In this document: one piece after another, positions 20,039 through 30,520 of the stretch | How the letters are laid out: each line of letters starts with the position of its first letter | How positions within the stretch are numbered: the stretch's first letter is position 1 | Source of the DNA: Elusimicrobiota bacterium | Lineage (GTDB): Bacteria; Elusimicrobiota; Elusimicrobia; F11 | Assembly (NCBI GenBank): GCA_044221725.1 | Contig: JBGAON010000005.1 | Span: 269,344 to 333,343 of the forward strand | Length of the DNA stretch: 64,000 nucleotides | Direction: 5' to 3' | Made by a program: the position numbers and the translations under genes | Notes under the pieces: model-generated | What the model was told of the DNA's origin: nothing | Databases searched by the model: none | The model's input: only the letters and a program-made list of their open reading frames with translations

Positions 20039-20914
20039 ATGTTTGCTGGTTCCTTTGTAGCGCTGATCACACCATTTAAACGCGGCCGCATCGACGAGAA
20101 GAAAATTCAAGAGCTCGTTGAGTGGCACATCGCCGAAAAGACCTCGGGTCTCGTTCCTGTGGGGACGACCGGCGAGTCGGCGACGTTGTCGCACGCCGAA
20201 CATCGGCGCGTTATCGAAGTGGTCGTTCGCGCGGCGAAAAAACGGGTGCCCGTTATTGCTGGTGCCGGATCCAATTCCACGGACGAAGCGATTTCGCTCA
20301 GTGTTGAGGCGCGCAAGCTCGGGGCGGACGCGGTTCTGTCGGTCAATCCCTATTACAATCGTCCCACACAAGAAGGTTTGCGTGCGCACTTTTCGGCCGT
20401 CGCAAAAGCGGCTGGTTTGCCGGTCATCCTGTACAACATCCCGTCGCGCAGCGGTGTAAACGTCAACGTTGACACGATGGTTCGTCTCGCCGAGCAGCAC
20501 AAAAATATCGTTGGTGTAAAAGAGTCCAGTGGCAGCATGGACCAAGCAAGCGAAATTTTGCAGCGCATCGGAAAGAAGTTTTTTATTTTGTCAGGTGATG
20601 ATTCGCTGACGTTGCCGCTCATGTCCATCGGCGCATCCGGTGTGATCTCGGTGGCGGCCAACCTGGTGCCACGGGCCGTGTCGGACTTGGTGTTCGCGGC
20701 GCTCAACCAAGATTTTGGTCGCGCGCAGGAAATTCATTTGAAGCTTTTCCCGCTCGTGAAATCACTGTTCTTGGAGACAAATCCATCGCCGATCAAAGCG
20801 GCGATGAAAGAAGCGGGTATCATTACCGACGGGTCGTTGCGGTTGCCCATGGTGCGTGTCACGGACACCACGCGTCAAAAGCTTAAAGCGGCGATGAAGG
20901 AGTACGGGCTATGA
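20039..20914 (+). CDS. dapA: 4-hydroxy-tetrahydrodipicolinate synthase
   Basis: ALITPF, GTTGES, PYYNRPTQEG, LYNIPSRSG, GVKESSG; GGAGG RBS before ATG 20039. Confidence 0.97.
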   Translation: MFAGSFVALITPFKRGRIDEKKIQELVEWHIAEKTSGLVPVGTTGESATLSHAEHRRVIEVVVRAAKKRVPVIAGAGSNSTDEAISLSVEARKLGADAVLSVNPYYNRPTQEGLRAHFSAVAKAAGLPVILYNIPSRSGVNVNVDTMVRLAEQHKNIVGVKESSGSMDQASEILQRIGKKFFILSGDDSLTLPLMSIGASGVISVAANLVPRAVSDLVFAALNQDFGRAQEIHLKLFPLVKSLFLETNPSPIKAAMKEAGIITDGSLRLPMVRVTDTTRQKLKAAMKEYGL

Positions 20915-21651
20915 CCGCAAAAAAAATTAATCTCGCGGTGTGCGGGGCGGCAGGCCGTATGGGCACGCGCATTCTCGCGCTCGCTCACAACGATCTTCGG
21001 TTCAATGAAATCATCGGTGTCGACAAAGCCGATAACCTCGTCAATGTTCTCGTCGATGCCGATGTTGTGATTGATTTCACATCGCCCGAGGCGACGCTCG
21101 GGATTGCGCAGAAGGTTTCTTCTGCGAAGCGTGCGCTTGTTGTCGGGACAACCGGTCTCACGGACGGAACTTTGAGCAAACTGCGCGGCTTTTCGAAACG
21201 GATTCCGCTTGTGTTCTCGCCGAACATGAGCATTGGAATGAACATTTTGTTTGACCTTGTGCGACAGGCGGCGCAGTCGCTGAAAGGTTTCGACATCGAA
21301 GTGATTGAAGCGCATCACAATTTGAAGAAAGACGCGCCTTCCGGAACAGCGATGCGATTGGCGAATGTTGCGGCCGAAGGCTCATCGCGCCGTCCGCAAG
21401 ATTTTGTGTATGGCCGCAAAGGCATGATCGGGCCACGAACAAAAAAAGAAATTGGCATCTCAACGGTTCGGGCAGGCGATATTGTTGGAGACCATACGGT
21501 GATGCTGGCCGGTGCCGGTGAGCGTGTGGAACTTACGCACCGCGCGCACTCGCGTGACGCGTTCGCGGCGGGGGCCATCGCGGCGGCCGCGTGGGCGGTC
21601 GGCCAGAAGCCGGGGTTTTACAGCATGAAAGACGTTTTAAACATTCGTTAA
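20911..21651 (+). CDS. dapB: 4-hydroxy-tetrahydrodipicolinate reductase
   Basis: GAAGRMG, DFTSP, GTTG, EAHHNLKKDAPSGTA. Confidence 0.97.
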   Translation: MTAKKINLAVCGAAGRMGTRILALAHNDLRFNEIIGVDKADNLVNVLVDADVVIDFTSPEATLGIAQKVSSAKRALVVGTTGLTDGTLSKLRGFSKRIPLVFSPNMSIGMNILFDLVRQAAQSLKGFDIEVIEAHHNLKKDAPSGTAMRLANVAAEGSSRRPQDFVYGRKGMIGPRTKKEIGISTVRAGDIVGDHTVMLAGAGERVELTHRAHSRDAFAAGAIAAAAWAVGQKPGFYSMKDVLNIR

Positions 21652-21659
21652 ATCCCAGA

Positions 21660-21733
21660 TTCCCTCCCCCTTTAGGGGGAGGGTTAGGGAGAGGGGAACC
21701 CCTCACCCTGCCCTCTCCCTAAAGGGAGAGGGA
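21660..21733. repeat. Composite palindromic repeat (two inverted CCCTCTCCC-type units)
   Basis: TCCCTCCCCCTTTAGGGGGAGGGTTAGGGAGAGGGG-AA-CCCCTCACCCTGCCCTCTCCCTAAAGGGAGAGGGA. Confidence 0.75.
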
Positions 21734-21752
21734 TTAGGAGAAAAGATTATTT

Positions 21753-22922
21753 ATGAAAGTCCGTTCCTCGCTCAACCAACGCCTACAAAAACTTCCGCCG
21801 TATCTTTTTGCGGAGCTTGATCGCCGAAAAAAGGCGGTCATCGCTAGCGGTGTCGATTTGATCTCGCTCGGCGTTGGCGATCCCGATCGTCCGACGCCGT
21901 CCCACATTATTGAAGCAGCGAAAAAGGCCCTGGACAACCCGAGCCACCACAAATATCCGTTCGGATCGGGCTTGGCACCTTTCCGCGAGGCCGTTCGTGC
22001 GTTCATGAAGACACGATTTGAGGTTGATGTGGATGCGGCCACCGAAGTTTATTCGTTGATTGGATCCAAGGAAGGCATTGGCCATTTGCCACTCGGTGTG
22101 GTGGACGTCGATGACGTGGTGCTGGTTCCCGATCCGGGATATCCCGTTTATCAAGGGTCCACAATTCTTGCGGGCGCCGAGGTGTATTACATGCCTCTCT
22201 TGGAAGAAAACAATTTTCTGCCGGATTTGGACCGCATTCCGCTGGATGTGCTCGAACGTGCGAGCCTAATGTTTATCGGTTATCCCAACAATCCAACGTC
22301 GGCGTCGGCCACCGAAGAATTTTTCAAGAAGGTCGTGAAGTTCGCGCGGGATCACGAGATTGTGGTCGCTCACGACAACGCTTATTCCGAAATGTATTAC
22401 GGCAAACCACCGATCAGTTTTCTAAAGACTCCGGGAGCGAAGGACGTCGGCGTCGAGTTTCATTCGCTGTCGAAAACCTACAACATGACCGGCTGGCGAA
22501 TCGGCTGGATTTGCGGCAACAGAGATGTTGTGAAGCAGTTGGCCACCGTGAAAGACAATTTTGACTCTGGCGTTTTCGAAGTGGTTCAGGCGGCGGGCAT
22601 AGCGGCGCTCACCGGGCCGCAGTCCTGCGTGGAAGAAATGCGCAAGATGTACAAGAAGCGTCGCGACGTTTTTGTGCCGGCGCTGAAAAAACTTGGTTGG
22701 AATCTCAACACGCCGGACGCGACGTTTTATGTGTGGGCGCACACGCCGAACGGTCTTTCTTCAATGGAAACGGTGTCGCACATTCTCGACAAAACCGGAG
22801 TTCTCTGCACGCCGGGCAACGGTTTCGGCCCCTCGGGCGAAGGCTTTGTGCGCTTCGCTCTGACCGTCGAAGAATCCCGCCTCGAAGAAGCGATTCAGCG
22901 CCTATCCAAACTTACGTGGTAA
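21753..22922 (+). CDS. dapL: LL-diaminopimelate aminotransferase (class I/II PLP aminotransferase)
   Basis: LPPYLF, GSKEG, YPNNPT, HSLSKTYNMTGWRIG, PGNGFG; position in the dap operon supports DapL. Confidence 0.85.
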   Translation: MKVRSSLNQRLQKLPPYLFAELDRRKKAVIASGVDLISLGVGDPDRPTPSHIIEAAKKALDNPSHHKYPFGSGLAPFREAVRAFMKTRFEVDVDAATEVYSLIGSKEGIGHLPLGVVDVDDVVLVPDPGYPVYQGSTILAGAEVYYMPLLEENNFLPDLDRIPLDVLERASLMFIGYPNNPTSASATEEFFKKVVKFARDHEIVVAHDNAYSEMYYGKPPISFLKTPGAKDVGVEFHSLSKTYNMTGWRIGWICGNRDVVKQLATVKDNFDSGVFEVVQAAGIAALTGPQSCVEEMRKMYKKRRDVFVPALKKLGWNLNTPDATFYVWAHTPNGLSSMETVSHILDKTGVLCTPGNGFGPSGEGFVRFALTVEESRLEEAIQRLSKLTW

Positions 22923-22970
22923 TTACATCATTCCGATCGGTTTAACTCGGGATTATAGTCGCGCTTCAGA

Positions 22971-23216
22971 CTACTTTCGCTTCTTCAGGTGTCGCCATAC
23001 CTGTTCATGGGAGAGGGCATGGGCTCTGTCGAAAGTTTTTTCGCGTTCGCGAGCGAAACGAAGCAGTTCTCGATCTTCATGTTTTTCGATTGCCTCTTTT
23101 ACGAGGTCTCGAACTTTAAGTGAGAGAGAAATTCCTTGTTTTTTGGCCATAGCTTCCACCAATTTGAATAAATATTTATCCAATACGACGTGTATTCGAG
23201 GGTTTGTCGCTGGCAT
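22971..23216 (-). CDS. Ribbon-helix-helix antitoxin-like protein
   Basis: NPRIHVVL...GISLSLKVRDLVKEAIE...LSHEQVW; no toxin gene adjacent. Confidence 0.65.
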   Translation of the reverse strand: MPATNPRIHVVLDKYLFKLVEAMAKKQGISLSLKVRDLVKEAIEKHEDRELLRFAREREKTFDRAHALSHEQVWRHLKKRK

Positions 23217-23264
23217 AACGGGGGTAGGCGCAGTGTAACAGAAGTGCTGCACCGCAGCAAGAAA

Positions 23265-23657
23265 TTATTTCTTGCCGTAAGTCGCTTCGATCGAGCTGTG
23301 GATGCCGCCGCGGGAGGAGAAATCGCCGCGCACGGTGCACCATTTTGGTTTCGCCGCTCTCACCACGTCTTTTAATATCCGATTGACCGCGTTTTCGTAG
23401 AAGATTCCCAGCTCGCGATAGGCGAGCATGTACATCTTAAGCGATTTCAATTCCAAGCACTGTTTGTTCGGGCGATAAACGATCGTGATGGCTCCGAAAT
23501 CGGGCAGTTGGGTTTTTGGGCAAATCGACGTGTATTCGGGGACGGTGATGGTGATATCGTACGCGGGAAATTGGTTCGGCCAGCATTCGATGTCAGGAAG
23601 TTTCGCGTCAATTCCGGAAATCGCGTGGCGGTCGGTGTAGCCTAGCTTCGTCTTCAT
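23265..23657 (-). CDS. queF: NADPH-dependent preQ0 reductase (short type)
   Basis: EYTSICPKTQLPDFG, CLELKSLKMY, RGGI. Confidence 0.93.
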   Translation of the reverse strand: MKTKLGYTDRHAISGIDAKLPDIECWPNQFPAYDITITVPEYTSICPKTQLPDFGAITIVYRPNKQCLELKSLKMYMLAYRELGIFYENAVNRILKDVVRAAKPKWCTVRGDFSSRGGIHSSIEATYGKK

Positions 23658-24034
23658 TTCTTTCTATTTCTCCTCATGTTGGCGCGAATCTTTTTCTCGC
23701 GGGCTTTTAATTCATCCCAGCGGTCGACGACGTCTTGCGCGCTCCATTTTTCGCCTTTCGCATCGCCAAACACATGCGGGTGGCGTAGCGTTAACTTAAT
23801 TTTCAACGTTTCGAGCACATCATGGATGTCGAAGCGGCCTTTTTCTTCGGCAATCTTCGCGTGAAACAAAATTTGCAACAGCACGTCACCGAGTTCTTCC
23901 TCGAGGTTGTTCCAGTCCTTTTTCTTGACCGCCTGCTGCATTTCGGCGGTTTCTTCTTTCAGATATTTGAGCAGCGACTCGTGCGTCTGTTTGCGGTCCC
24001 ACGCACAGCCACCGGGTGCCCGGAGCGTGTTCAT
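23654..24034 (-). CDS. mazG: Single-domain MazG nucleotide pyrophosphohydrolase
   Basis: LRAPGGCAWDRKQTHESL, EEELGDVLLQ, RHPHVFG; true start may be CTG at 24070. Confidence 0.88.
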   Translation of the reverse strand: MNTLRAPGGCAWDRKQTHESLLKYLKEETAEMQQAVKKKDWNNLEEELGDVLLQILFHAKIAEEKGRFDIHDVLETLKIKLTLRHPHVFGDAKGEKWSAQDVVDRWDELKAREKKIRANMRRNRKK

Positions 24035-24066
24035 GACCTCAATCAGATCAGAAAAAGTTGTCTTTT

Positions 24067-25509
24067 TCAGAGCAAAGATCCCTTCAGGATAAGCATCGAA
24101 ACAGAAAAATAGATGACGAGGCCGGTCACATCAACGAGCGTGGCGACGAACGGCGCGGAAACAACGGCCGGGTCAAGACCGATTTTCATAAGGATGATCG
24201 GCAAAATGGAACCGGACAAAGAACCCCAGAGAACTACGAGCACGAGCGCCGCGGCCACCGCGGCCGCGACGAGCATGTAGTGCGGTCCGTAAATCGACGT
24301 GAATTGTGCCCACACAAAGATTCGGAAAAAGCCAATGCTGCCAAGGATTAGGCCGAGCACGAGACCTGAGAAAAATTCCCGCCGCATCACGCGCCACCAG
24401 TCGCGAAAGGTGATTTCTTTAAGCGCCAGCGCGCGCACAATGAGCGTTGCAGCCTGAGAGCCGGAATTGCCGCCGCTCGAGATAATGAGCGGAATAAAAA
24501 GGGCGAGCACGACCGCGCGTGCAATTTCCTTTTCGAAGAAAGCCATTGCGGTTGCTGTGAGCGTTTCTCCGACGAACAACACGCACAGCCAGGTTGCGCG
24601 TTTGCGCACCATGTCTTTGAACGGGGTCAGGAAATACGGATCTTCCAGCGCTTCGACACCAGCGAGCTTTTGGATGTCTTCGGTGGTTTCTTGTTCAATG
24701 ACCTGAATCACGTCGTCGGCATCGAGTACGCCCACCAGTCGATTGTCGGCGTCGACGACCGGGGCCGACATCACTTTGTACCGCGAAAATATCTCGGCCG
24801 CAGCTTCACGGTCCATCGTCACGAGAATGCGGATCGGCGACATCGGTGACATAATTTCTCGCATCTTTATGTCGTTCGGCGCCGCAATCAACGTGCGCAG
24901 CGCCACACCGCCGAGGAGCCGACGGTTACCGTTCGTCACGAAGATCATGTGAATATCTTCTTCGATGCGCACGCGCGATCGCGCTTGCAGCAACGCCATC
25001 GTTGCTTTGGCCGTGCTGTCGGGCCCCACATTAATGAAGTTCGTGCGCATAATAGCGCCCACCGTTTCGGCCGGGTATTCCAAAATTTCGCGAATTTCGC
25101 TCACGCGTTCCTTGTTCATGAGCGTCGACATTTTTTTGACCATTTTCTCGGGCAATTTCTTGAACAGTTTTGCGGTGACTTCGGTGGGCACTTCTTGAAG
25201 CAGAGGCGCCAGAAACGTGTCGTCCAAGTGGCCAAGAATCGTTTGTTGCTCCGGAAGCTCGAGTTCCTCGAAAACTTCCATCATGCGGGCCTGGGGGAGC
25301 AGCATGAACATGAGCACTTGCTGCTCCGGCGTGAAATTGTTGAACCCGTCCGCGAGATCGATCGGATTTATCTCGGAGAGCAAGTCTTGCAGCGCTTCGA
25401 GCGAGCGTGCCTCAAGCAACTGTTTGATTTCCGGAACAAACAGTTCGATTGGCCGGCAATCCGCGCGCGGCTGGCGCGGTGATATGCTTTTCGGAGCGTT
25501 ATCGTCCAT
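24067..25509 (-). CDS. mgtE: Magnesium transporter MgtE
   Basis: N domain, CBS pair, RATWL, GGNSGSQA, DPAVVSAPFVATLVDVTG. Confidence 0.96.
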   Translation of the reverse strand: MDDNAPKSISPRQPRADCRPIELFVPEIKQLLEARSLEALQDLLSEINPIDLADGFNNFTPEQQVLMFMLLPQARMMEVFEELELPEQQTILGHLDDTFLAPLLQEVPTEVTAKLFKKLPEKMVKKMSTLMNKERVSEIREILEYPAETVGAIMRTNFINVGPDSTAKATMALLQARSRVRIEEDIHMIFVTNGNRRLLGGVALRTLIAAPNDIKMREIMSPMSPIRILVTMDREAAAEIFSRYKVMSAPVVDADNRLVGVLDADDVIQVIEQETTEDIQKLAGVEALEDPYFLTPFKDMVRKRATWLCVLFVGETLTATAMAFFEKEIARAVVLALFIPLIISSGGNSGSQAATLIVRALALKEITFRDWWRVMRREFFSGLVLGLILGSIGFFRIFVWAQFTSIYGPHYMLVAAAVAAALVLVVLWGSLSGSILPIILMKIGLDPAVVSAPFVATLVDVTGLVIYFSVSMLILKGSLL

Positions 25510-26164
25510 GGCTCATTTCATTGATAAGTGCATGTTTAAATTGTGATGTATGGAAACCGGAAGTGCCATGCAGGGTTCCCTGATAGAGTACGGCTTCTTT
25601 TGTGATACGCAAGGCGCCACCAATAATTTTTTTCTCGCCGATCATGACGTCGTTGCAGACCGGTTCTTCAAAGCAAACGGAAAAAGTTTTTCGGGGGGTA
25701 ATATTTTGAGCGCAGCGTTCGGTGGAGGCAGAGTGAAGAGAAAGAACGCCTCGCCCCGCACCGCGAAGCGCGTTCAACAAGATGGCATGAATTTCCGCGT
25801 AGCATTCGCGCGGACGGTTCGAGAAAATCTTTGACGCGCGCGACCACAAGAACGAGAAGCTTAAATCGTGTTCCGAGTGCAACACGGCTCCGCCGCCGGT
25901 GGGACGCTTAGCGCGGTCGATGGTCGAGAGGCTTTGGTCCATAGATGAAATCCATTCTTCCACTTGCTGTTCGTTCAGAAGATAGCCGTAAGTGACCGTT
26001 GGGCGAATCCATTGGAAGAAGCGTAGCGTCGGGGAGGATAAGCCGGATTGCGCCGCCGCGAGCGCAGCGCGGTCGATTTCCATGTTGACGGTGCCCTCGA
26101 GAGGGCCACAGTCAACGACGTTCCACGTGCGTTCGATTGTCTGTTGAGAATTGAAGGGGTTCAT
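25499..26164 (-). CDS. Lipoate-protein ligase / octanoyltransferase (LipM/LplA-like)
   Basis: NMEID, PTLRFFQW, KRPTGGGAVLH, KIIGGA; next to the gcv genes. Confidence 0.8.
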   Translation of the reverse strand: MNPFNSQQTIERTWNVVDCGPLEGTVNMEIDRAALAAAQSGLSSPTLRFFQWIRPTVTYGYLLNEQQVEEWISSMDQSLSTIDRAKRPTGGGAVLHSEHDLSFSFLWSRASKIFSNRPRECYAEIHAILLNALRGAGRGVLSLHSASTERCAQNITPRKTFSVCFEEPVCNDVMIGEKKIIGGALRITKEAVLYQGTLHGTSGFHTSQFKHALINEMSHGR

Positions 26165-27626
26165 CCCATCCGTTCCATTTGAGCACCGGCTCGCGTGCGG
26201 CTTTCACTTCGTCGAGGCGCCGGACCGGTGTCGTGTGGGGAGCTGTTTTCACGAGCTCTGGGGTTGTTTTGATCTCCGCGAAGATTTTTTCGATTGTTGA
26301 GCAGAATTCGTCCAATGTTTCCGGCGTTTCGGTTTCGGTCGGCTCGATCATGAGCGCCTCGGGTACGATGAGCGGGAAATAAATAGTGGGCGCATAATAC
26401 CCATAGTCGAGCAATCGTTTTGCCAGATCCAGAGTCTTCACGCCGTGCTCCTGGAGCGTTACGCCGGAAAACACCGCTTCGTGCATGCACGGCTCCGAAA
26501 GCACGGCTTTAAACATTTTTGAAAGTCTCACGCGGATGTAGTTCGCGTTTAGAATCGCGCGGCGGCTCATTTCTTTCACGCCGTCTTCGCCCATCGCGAG
26601 CATGTAGGTGTACGCACGAATGAGAATGCCTGTGTTGCCAAAGAAACTGCGCAGTTGACCGATGGATTGGGGAAACTGATGTTTCGAATCCTGCAGATGA
26701 TACATGCCGTCCTTCTTTATAACGCGCGGCACCGGTAAGAACGGCTCCAATTCCTTCTTGACGCCGACGGGCCCCGCGCCCGGACCACCGCCACCGTGGG
26801 GCGTCGAGAACGTTTTGTGCAAATTGATGTGGCAAATGTCGAAGCCAAGGTCTCCCGGTCGAATTAGTCCTGCCAGCGCGTTGAAGTTGGCGCCGTCCAA
26901 ATAAACCAGCGCGCCTTTCGCGTGCGCCTCGCGTGTGAGCGCTTCGGTTTCTTCTTCAAACAGGCCGAGCGTGTTCGGAAGCGTCATCATGATGAGCGCC
27001 ACGTCTTCGTTCAATTTCGAGCGGAAATCCGTCATGTCGATGTGACCGTTTGGCTGTGATTTCACTTGCACCACATTCAAACCGGCGAGCGCGGCGCTGG
27101 CCGGGTTTGTGCCGTGCGCCGAATCCGGAACAAGAACCGTCGATTTCTTGTGGCCTTTCGAGCGGTGATACGCTTGCGCGATGAGAATGCCGGTAAATTC
27201 GCCGTGCGCACCGGCGGCCGGGTGCAGCGTGAACGCGTCCATGCCGGCCATTTTGCACAGCCACTGTTCCAAATTGTGCAGCAATTCGAGTGTTCCTTGG
27301 CTCACCGTGTCGGGCGCGAGCGGATGGTTCAAGCGAAACCCCGGAAGCCCGGCAACCAATTCGTTGGTCTTCGGGTTGTATTTCATCGTGCAACTTCCGA
27401 GCGGATAAAAGTTCGCATCGATCGAGAAATTGAGATGCGAAAGACGCGTGAAATGCCGCACAATCTGAAATTCCGTCACTTCTGGCAGGTGCGGTTTCTT
27501 CTTTCGCAACAAATGGGAGGGGATCAATTTCTCAATTGGCTGGGACACCGGCGACGCCGGAATGCGCGCCGCGCGCCGCCCTTTCACGGATTCATCGATG
27601 AGCAGAGATTCTTGTTGTTGATTCAT
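26112..27626 (-). CDS. gcvPB: Glycine decarboxylase subunit 2
   Basis: YPLGSCTMKYNPK, AHGTNPASA, NLHKTFSTPHGGGGPG, EPTETE. Confidence 0.97.
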   Translation of the reverse strand: MNQQQESLLIDESVKGRRAARIPASPVSQPIEKLIPSHLLRKKKPHLPEVTEFQIVRHFTRLSHLNFSIDANFYPLGSCTMKYNPKTNELVAGLPGFRLNHPLAPDTVSQGTLELLHNLEQWLCKMAGMDAFTLHPAAGAHGEFTGILIAQAYHRSKGHKKSTVLVPDSAHGTNPASAALAGLNVVQVKSQPNGHIDMTDFRSKLNEDVALIMMTLPNTLGLFEEETEALTREAHAKGALVYLDGANFNALAGLIRPGDLGFDICHINLHKTFSTPHGGGGPGAGPVGVKKELEPFLPVPRVIKKDGMYHLQDSKHQFPQSIGQLRSFFGNTGILIRAYTYMLAMGEDGVKEMSRRAILNANYIRVRLSKMFKAVLSEPCMHEAVFSGVTLQEHGVKTLDLAKRLLDYGYYAPTIYFPLIVPEALMIEPTETETPETLDEFCSTIEKIFAEIKTTPELVKTAPHTTPVRRLDEVKAAREPVLKWNGWDEPLQFSTDNRTHVERR

Positions 27627-27685
27627 AGGTGTTTGTTGTCGCTCCTGCCTTTGCGGGGGCGGCGTTTGGGTAACTCCTTAATAAA

Positions 27686-29023
27686 TTATTTAAAGCTCCG
27701 AAGAACACTCACGAGCCGATCGATATCTTCTTTCGATTTTTTCTCGGTTACATTAATCAACAAATGATGCTCGAGCTTTGGATAGAAATTTTTGAGCGGC
27801 AGACCGACAAGGACGCCGAGATCCAACAGTTTCTTTTGAAGTGTTTCGACATCGAACGGTGTCTCGAGCACAAACTCGTTGAAAAAGGGCGCCGCGAATC
27901 GAAGTTTGAATCCGGGAATGCGGGTGAGCTGATCGGCAGCGTAATGCGCGAGTTGCAAATTCAATTCGCCGAGTTCGCGCAAACCATCCGGGCCCAGCAT
28001 CGCCGTGTGAACCGTGAACGCGGTCGCGCACAAGTTTTGGTTGGTGCAAATATTCGAATTGGCTTTTTCGCGGCGGATGTGCTGTTCGCGCGCTTGCAGC
28101 GTGAGCACATAGCCGGTTTTCCCATCCACATCCACGGTTTTTCCGCAAATGCGACCGGGCATTTTGCGCATCAGCTCCTGTTTGCACGCGAAAAGACCAA
28201 CGTAAGGTCCGCCAAACGAAACCGGCAGTCCGAGTGGCTGGCCATCGCCGACCGCTATATCAGCGCCGAACTCACCCGGAGGCGCGATGACGCCCAGCGA
28301 AAGTGGGTTTGATGAAGCAATGACGAGAGCGCCGGCCGCGTGGGCTTTCGCGGCGATGGACGCGCTGTCCTCAATACAGCCAAAGAAATTTGGTGTTTGT
28401 ATGACCACGCCGGCCACATTGCCCGCGTTCTGTTTGATTTTTGCGTCAAGATCGTTTGGATCAATGGTTCCTTCCGGGCACGCGACCGTTACAAGGCGGT
28501 AGGGCGTGTTTTCGACGAAATACGTTTCGAGCGTGCGGCGCGAATGCGGGTGGAGCGCGTCCGGAATCAGCAAAACGGTTCGCTCGGTGTGGCGGAAAGC
28601 GACCAGCGCTGCTTCGGCGAGCGCGGTAGCTCCGTCATAAAGCGATGCGTTCGCGATGTCCATTCCGAAAATTTCGGCGACCATACTTTGAAATTCAAAA
28701 ATAACTTGGAGTGTGCCTTGGCTCGCCTCGGGTTGATACGGCGTGTAGGCGGTCGCAAATTCTCCGCGCGATGTGATCGCACCGACGACGGCCGGAACAA
28801 AATGATCGTACGCTCCGGCGCCGAGAAAGCTTAGCAGCTGCGAATTTTTGTTCGACAGTTCGGTGAGCGTGCGCGTGAGCGCCATTTCGGACATTTCATT
28901 CGGAAGTCCGAGGCCCGGGTTAACGTATTTTTTTGGAAGCCGTCCGATCAGTTCGTCGAACGACGCGACGCCAATGGCGTCGAGCAATTTCTTTTCGTCG
29001 GCAGCGGCGTTCGGATGAAACAT
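27686..29023 (-). CDS. gcvPA: Glycine decarboxylase subunit 1
   Basis: FLGAGAY, TAYTPYQPEASQG, QAREQHIRREKANSNICTNQ. Confidence 0.97.
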   Translation of the reverse strand: MFHPNAAADEKKLLDAIGVASFDELIGRLPKKYVNPGLGLPNEMSEMALTRTLTELSNKNSQLLSFLGAGAYDHFVPAVVGAITSRGEFATAYTPYQPEASQGTLQVIFEFQSMVAEIFGMDIANASLYDGATALAEAALVAFRHTERTVLLIPDALHPHSRRTLETYFVENTPYRLVTVACPEGTIDPNDLDAKIKQNAGNVAGVVIQTPNFFGCIEDSASIAAKAHAAGALVIASSNPLSLGVIAPPGEFGADIAVGDGQPLGLPVSFGGPYVGLFACKQELMRKMPGRICGKTVDVDGKTGYVLTLQAREQHIRREKANSNICTNQNLCATAFTVHTAMLGPDGLRELGELNLQLAHYAADQLTRIPGFKLRFAAPFFNEFVLETPFDVETLQKKLLDLGVLVGLPLKNFYPKLEHHLLINVTEKKSKEDIDRLVSVLRSFK

Positions 29024-29026
29024 CGA

Positions 29027-29404
29027 TTAATGTTCGTCGCCGAGCGAGCTTTGATACGCGGTGTGGGACATGAGATTCGTTTCTTCGTCGGGATTCTTTT
29101 TATCGATCGAGAAAAGCCAACCGTTCCCGTAAGGGGATTGGTTCACGAGCGCCGGATTCTTCGAAACGTCAGAATTCACTTTGGAAATTTTTCCGGATAC
29201 CGGCGCATAGATGTCGAACGCGGCTTTTACCGATTCGACAACGGCCACCGCTTCACCGGCTTTTACTTCTTTGCCCACTTTGGGCAGGTCGACAAACACG
29301 ACGTCGGTAATTTCCTTCTGCGCATGGTCGGATATGCCAACCGTCCCATCGGTCGCCAACCATTCGTGGGACTTCGTAAATTTCAGTTCATCGGGGTTTT
29401 TCAT
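29027..29404 (-). CDS. gcvH: Glycine cleavage H protein
   Basis: [27 protein letters not shown] lipoyl-Lys motif. Confidence 0.97.
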   Translation of the reverse strand: MKNPDELKFTKSHEWLATDGTVGISDHAQKEITDVVFVDLPKVGKEVKAGEAVAVVESVKAAFDIYAPVSGKISKVNSDVSKNPALVNQSPYGNGWLFSIDKKNPDEETNLMSHTAYQSSLGDEH

Positions 29405-29411
29405 ATGTCTC

Positions 29412-30509
29412 CTAATTATTCTGAGGCACGGTTTCAGATTTCTTATAAAACGGCATCTTCACTATCTTCGCTTGTAGCTCACGGGTTCCTTGGCGAATTG
29501 TTAACGCCTCGCCTTCGCGCGCGATTGTGTTCGGAACATAGGCCATTCCAATCGCATAACCGAGCGTGGGTGCAAAGGTCCCGCTGGCGACGGGGCCAAT
29601 CTCTTTTCCATTGTGAATGAGCGTGCCGCCGTTGCGCGCAACACCGCCCGCTTCCACTTTAAAGCCAATGAGCTGATTCGGAATTCCGGATTTTTTCTGC
29701 TGCACCAGCGCGCTGTGACCGACGAAGGTCCCTTTATCCAATTTCACTACCCAGTTCAAGCCCGCCTCGAAAGGAGTGTGGTTTTCGTCGAGCTCATGAC
29801 CGTAAAGGGGATAGGCCACCTCGGTGCGCAGCGTGTCGCGCGCGCCCAATCCGCACGGAACAAGTCCGAATTCGGGTCCTACTTGGAATATTTGATCCCA
29901 AACCATCAGCAAGTGGCCGGCCGGTGCAAAAAATTCGAAACCATCCTCTCCCGTGTAACCGGTGCGCGCCACGTGTACCGAGAGATCCCCAATTTCAAAT
30001 TCGTTGATGCCGAAGCGTGGAAGATTAGCAATTGCCGGGTTGAGCTTCGCCACAATGTCTTTCGCGCGTGGGCCCTGCAACGCGAACGCTGCCGCGTAGG
30101 GCGCTTCGATAATGTTTGCATCAAACTTTTCGCGGTGACCATTTATCCACGCAAGGTCGGCTTCGCGGCGGGACGCGTTCACGATGACGAGAAATTTGTC
30201 GTCTTCGAGACGGTAAACGAATATATCGTCGATCACGCCGCCTTTTTCGTTTAACAGATGCGCGTAAATACCTTTTCCTATCGTGGCACGGTTCAAGTCG
30301 TTCGTGATGAGATATTGCAGGAAGTCGAAGGCTTGCGGGCCCCACACGAACACTTGGCCCATGTGGGAAATATCGAAGATTCCGGCAGCGGAGCGCACGG
30401 CCGTGTGTTCGAGCGTGATCGTTGAATACTGCACCGGCAGTTCCCAGCCGTAAAAGTCGACGATTTTACCGCCGAGCGCGATGTGTTTATCGAAAAATGG
30501 AGTTTTCAT
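29412..30509 (-). CDS. gcvT: Glycine cleavage aminomethyltransferase T
   Basis: [29 protein letters not shown]. Confidence 0.97.
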   Translation of the reverse strand: MKTPFFDKHIALGGKIVDFYGWELPVQYSTITLEHTAVRSAAGIFDISHMGQVFVWGPQAFDFLQYLITNDLNRATIGKGIYAHLLNEKGGVIDDIFVYRLEDDKFLVIVNASRREADLAWINGHREKFDANIIEAPYAAAFALQGPRAKDIVAKLNPAIANLPRFGINEFEIGDLSVHVARTGYTGEDGFEFFAPAGHLLMVWDQIFQVGPEFGLVPCGLGARDTLRTEVAYPLYGHELDENHTPFEAGLNWVVKLDKGTFVGHSALVQQKKSGIPNQLIGFKVEAGGVARNGGTLIHNGKEIGPVASGTFAPTLGYAIGMAYVPNTIAREGEALTIRQGTRELQAKIVKMPFYKKSETVPQNN

Positions 30510-30520
30510 GGCTATAAGCT

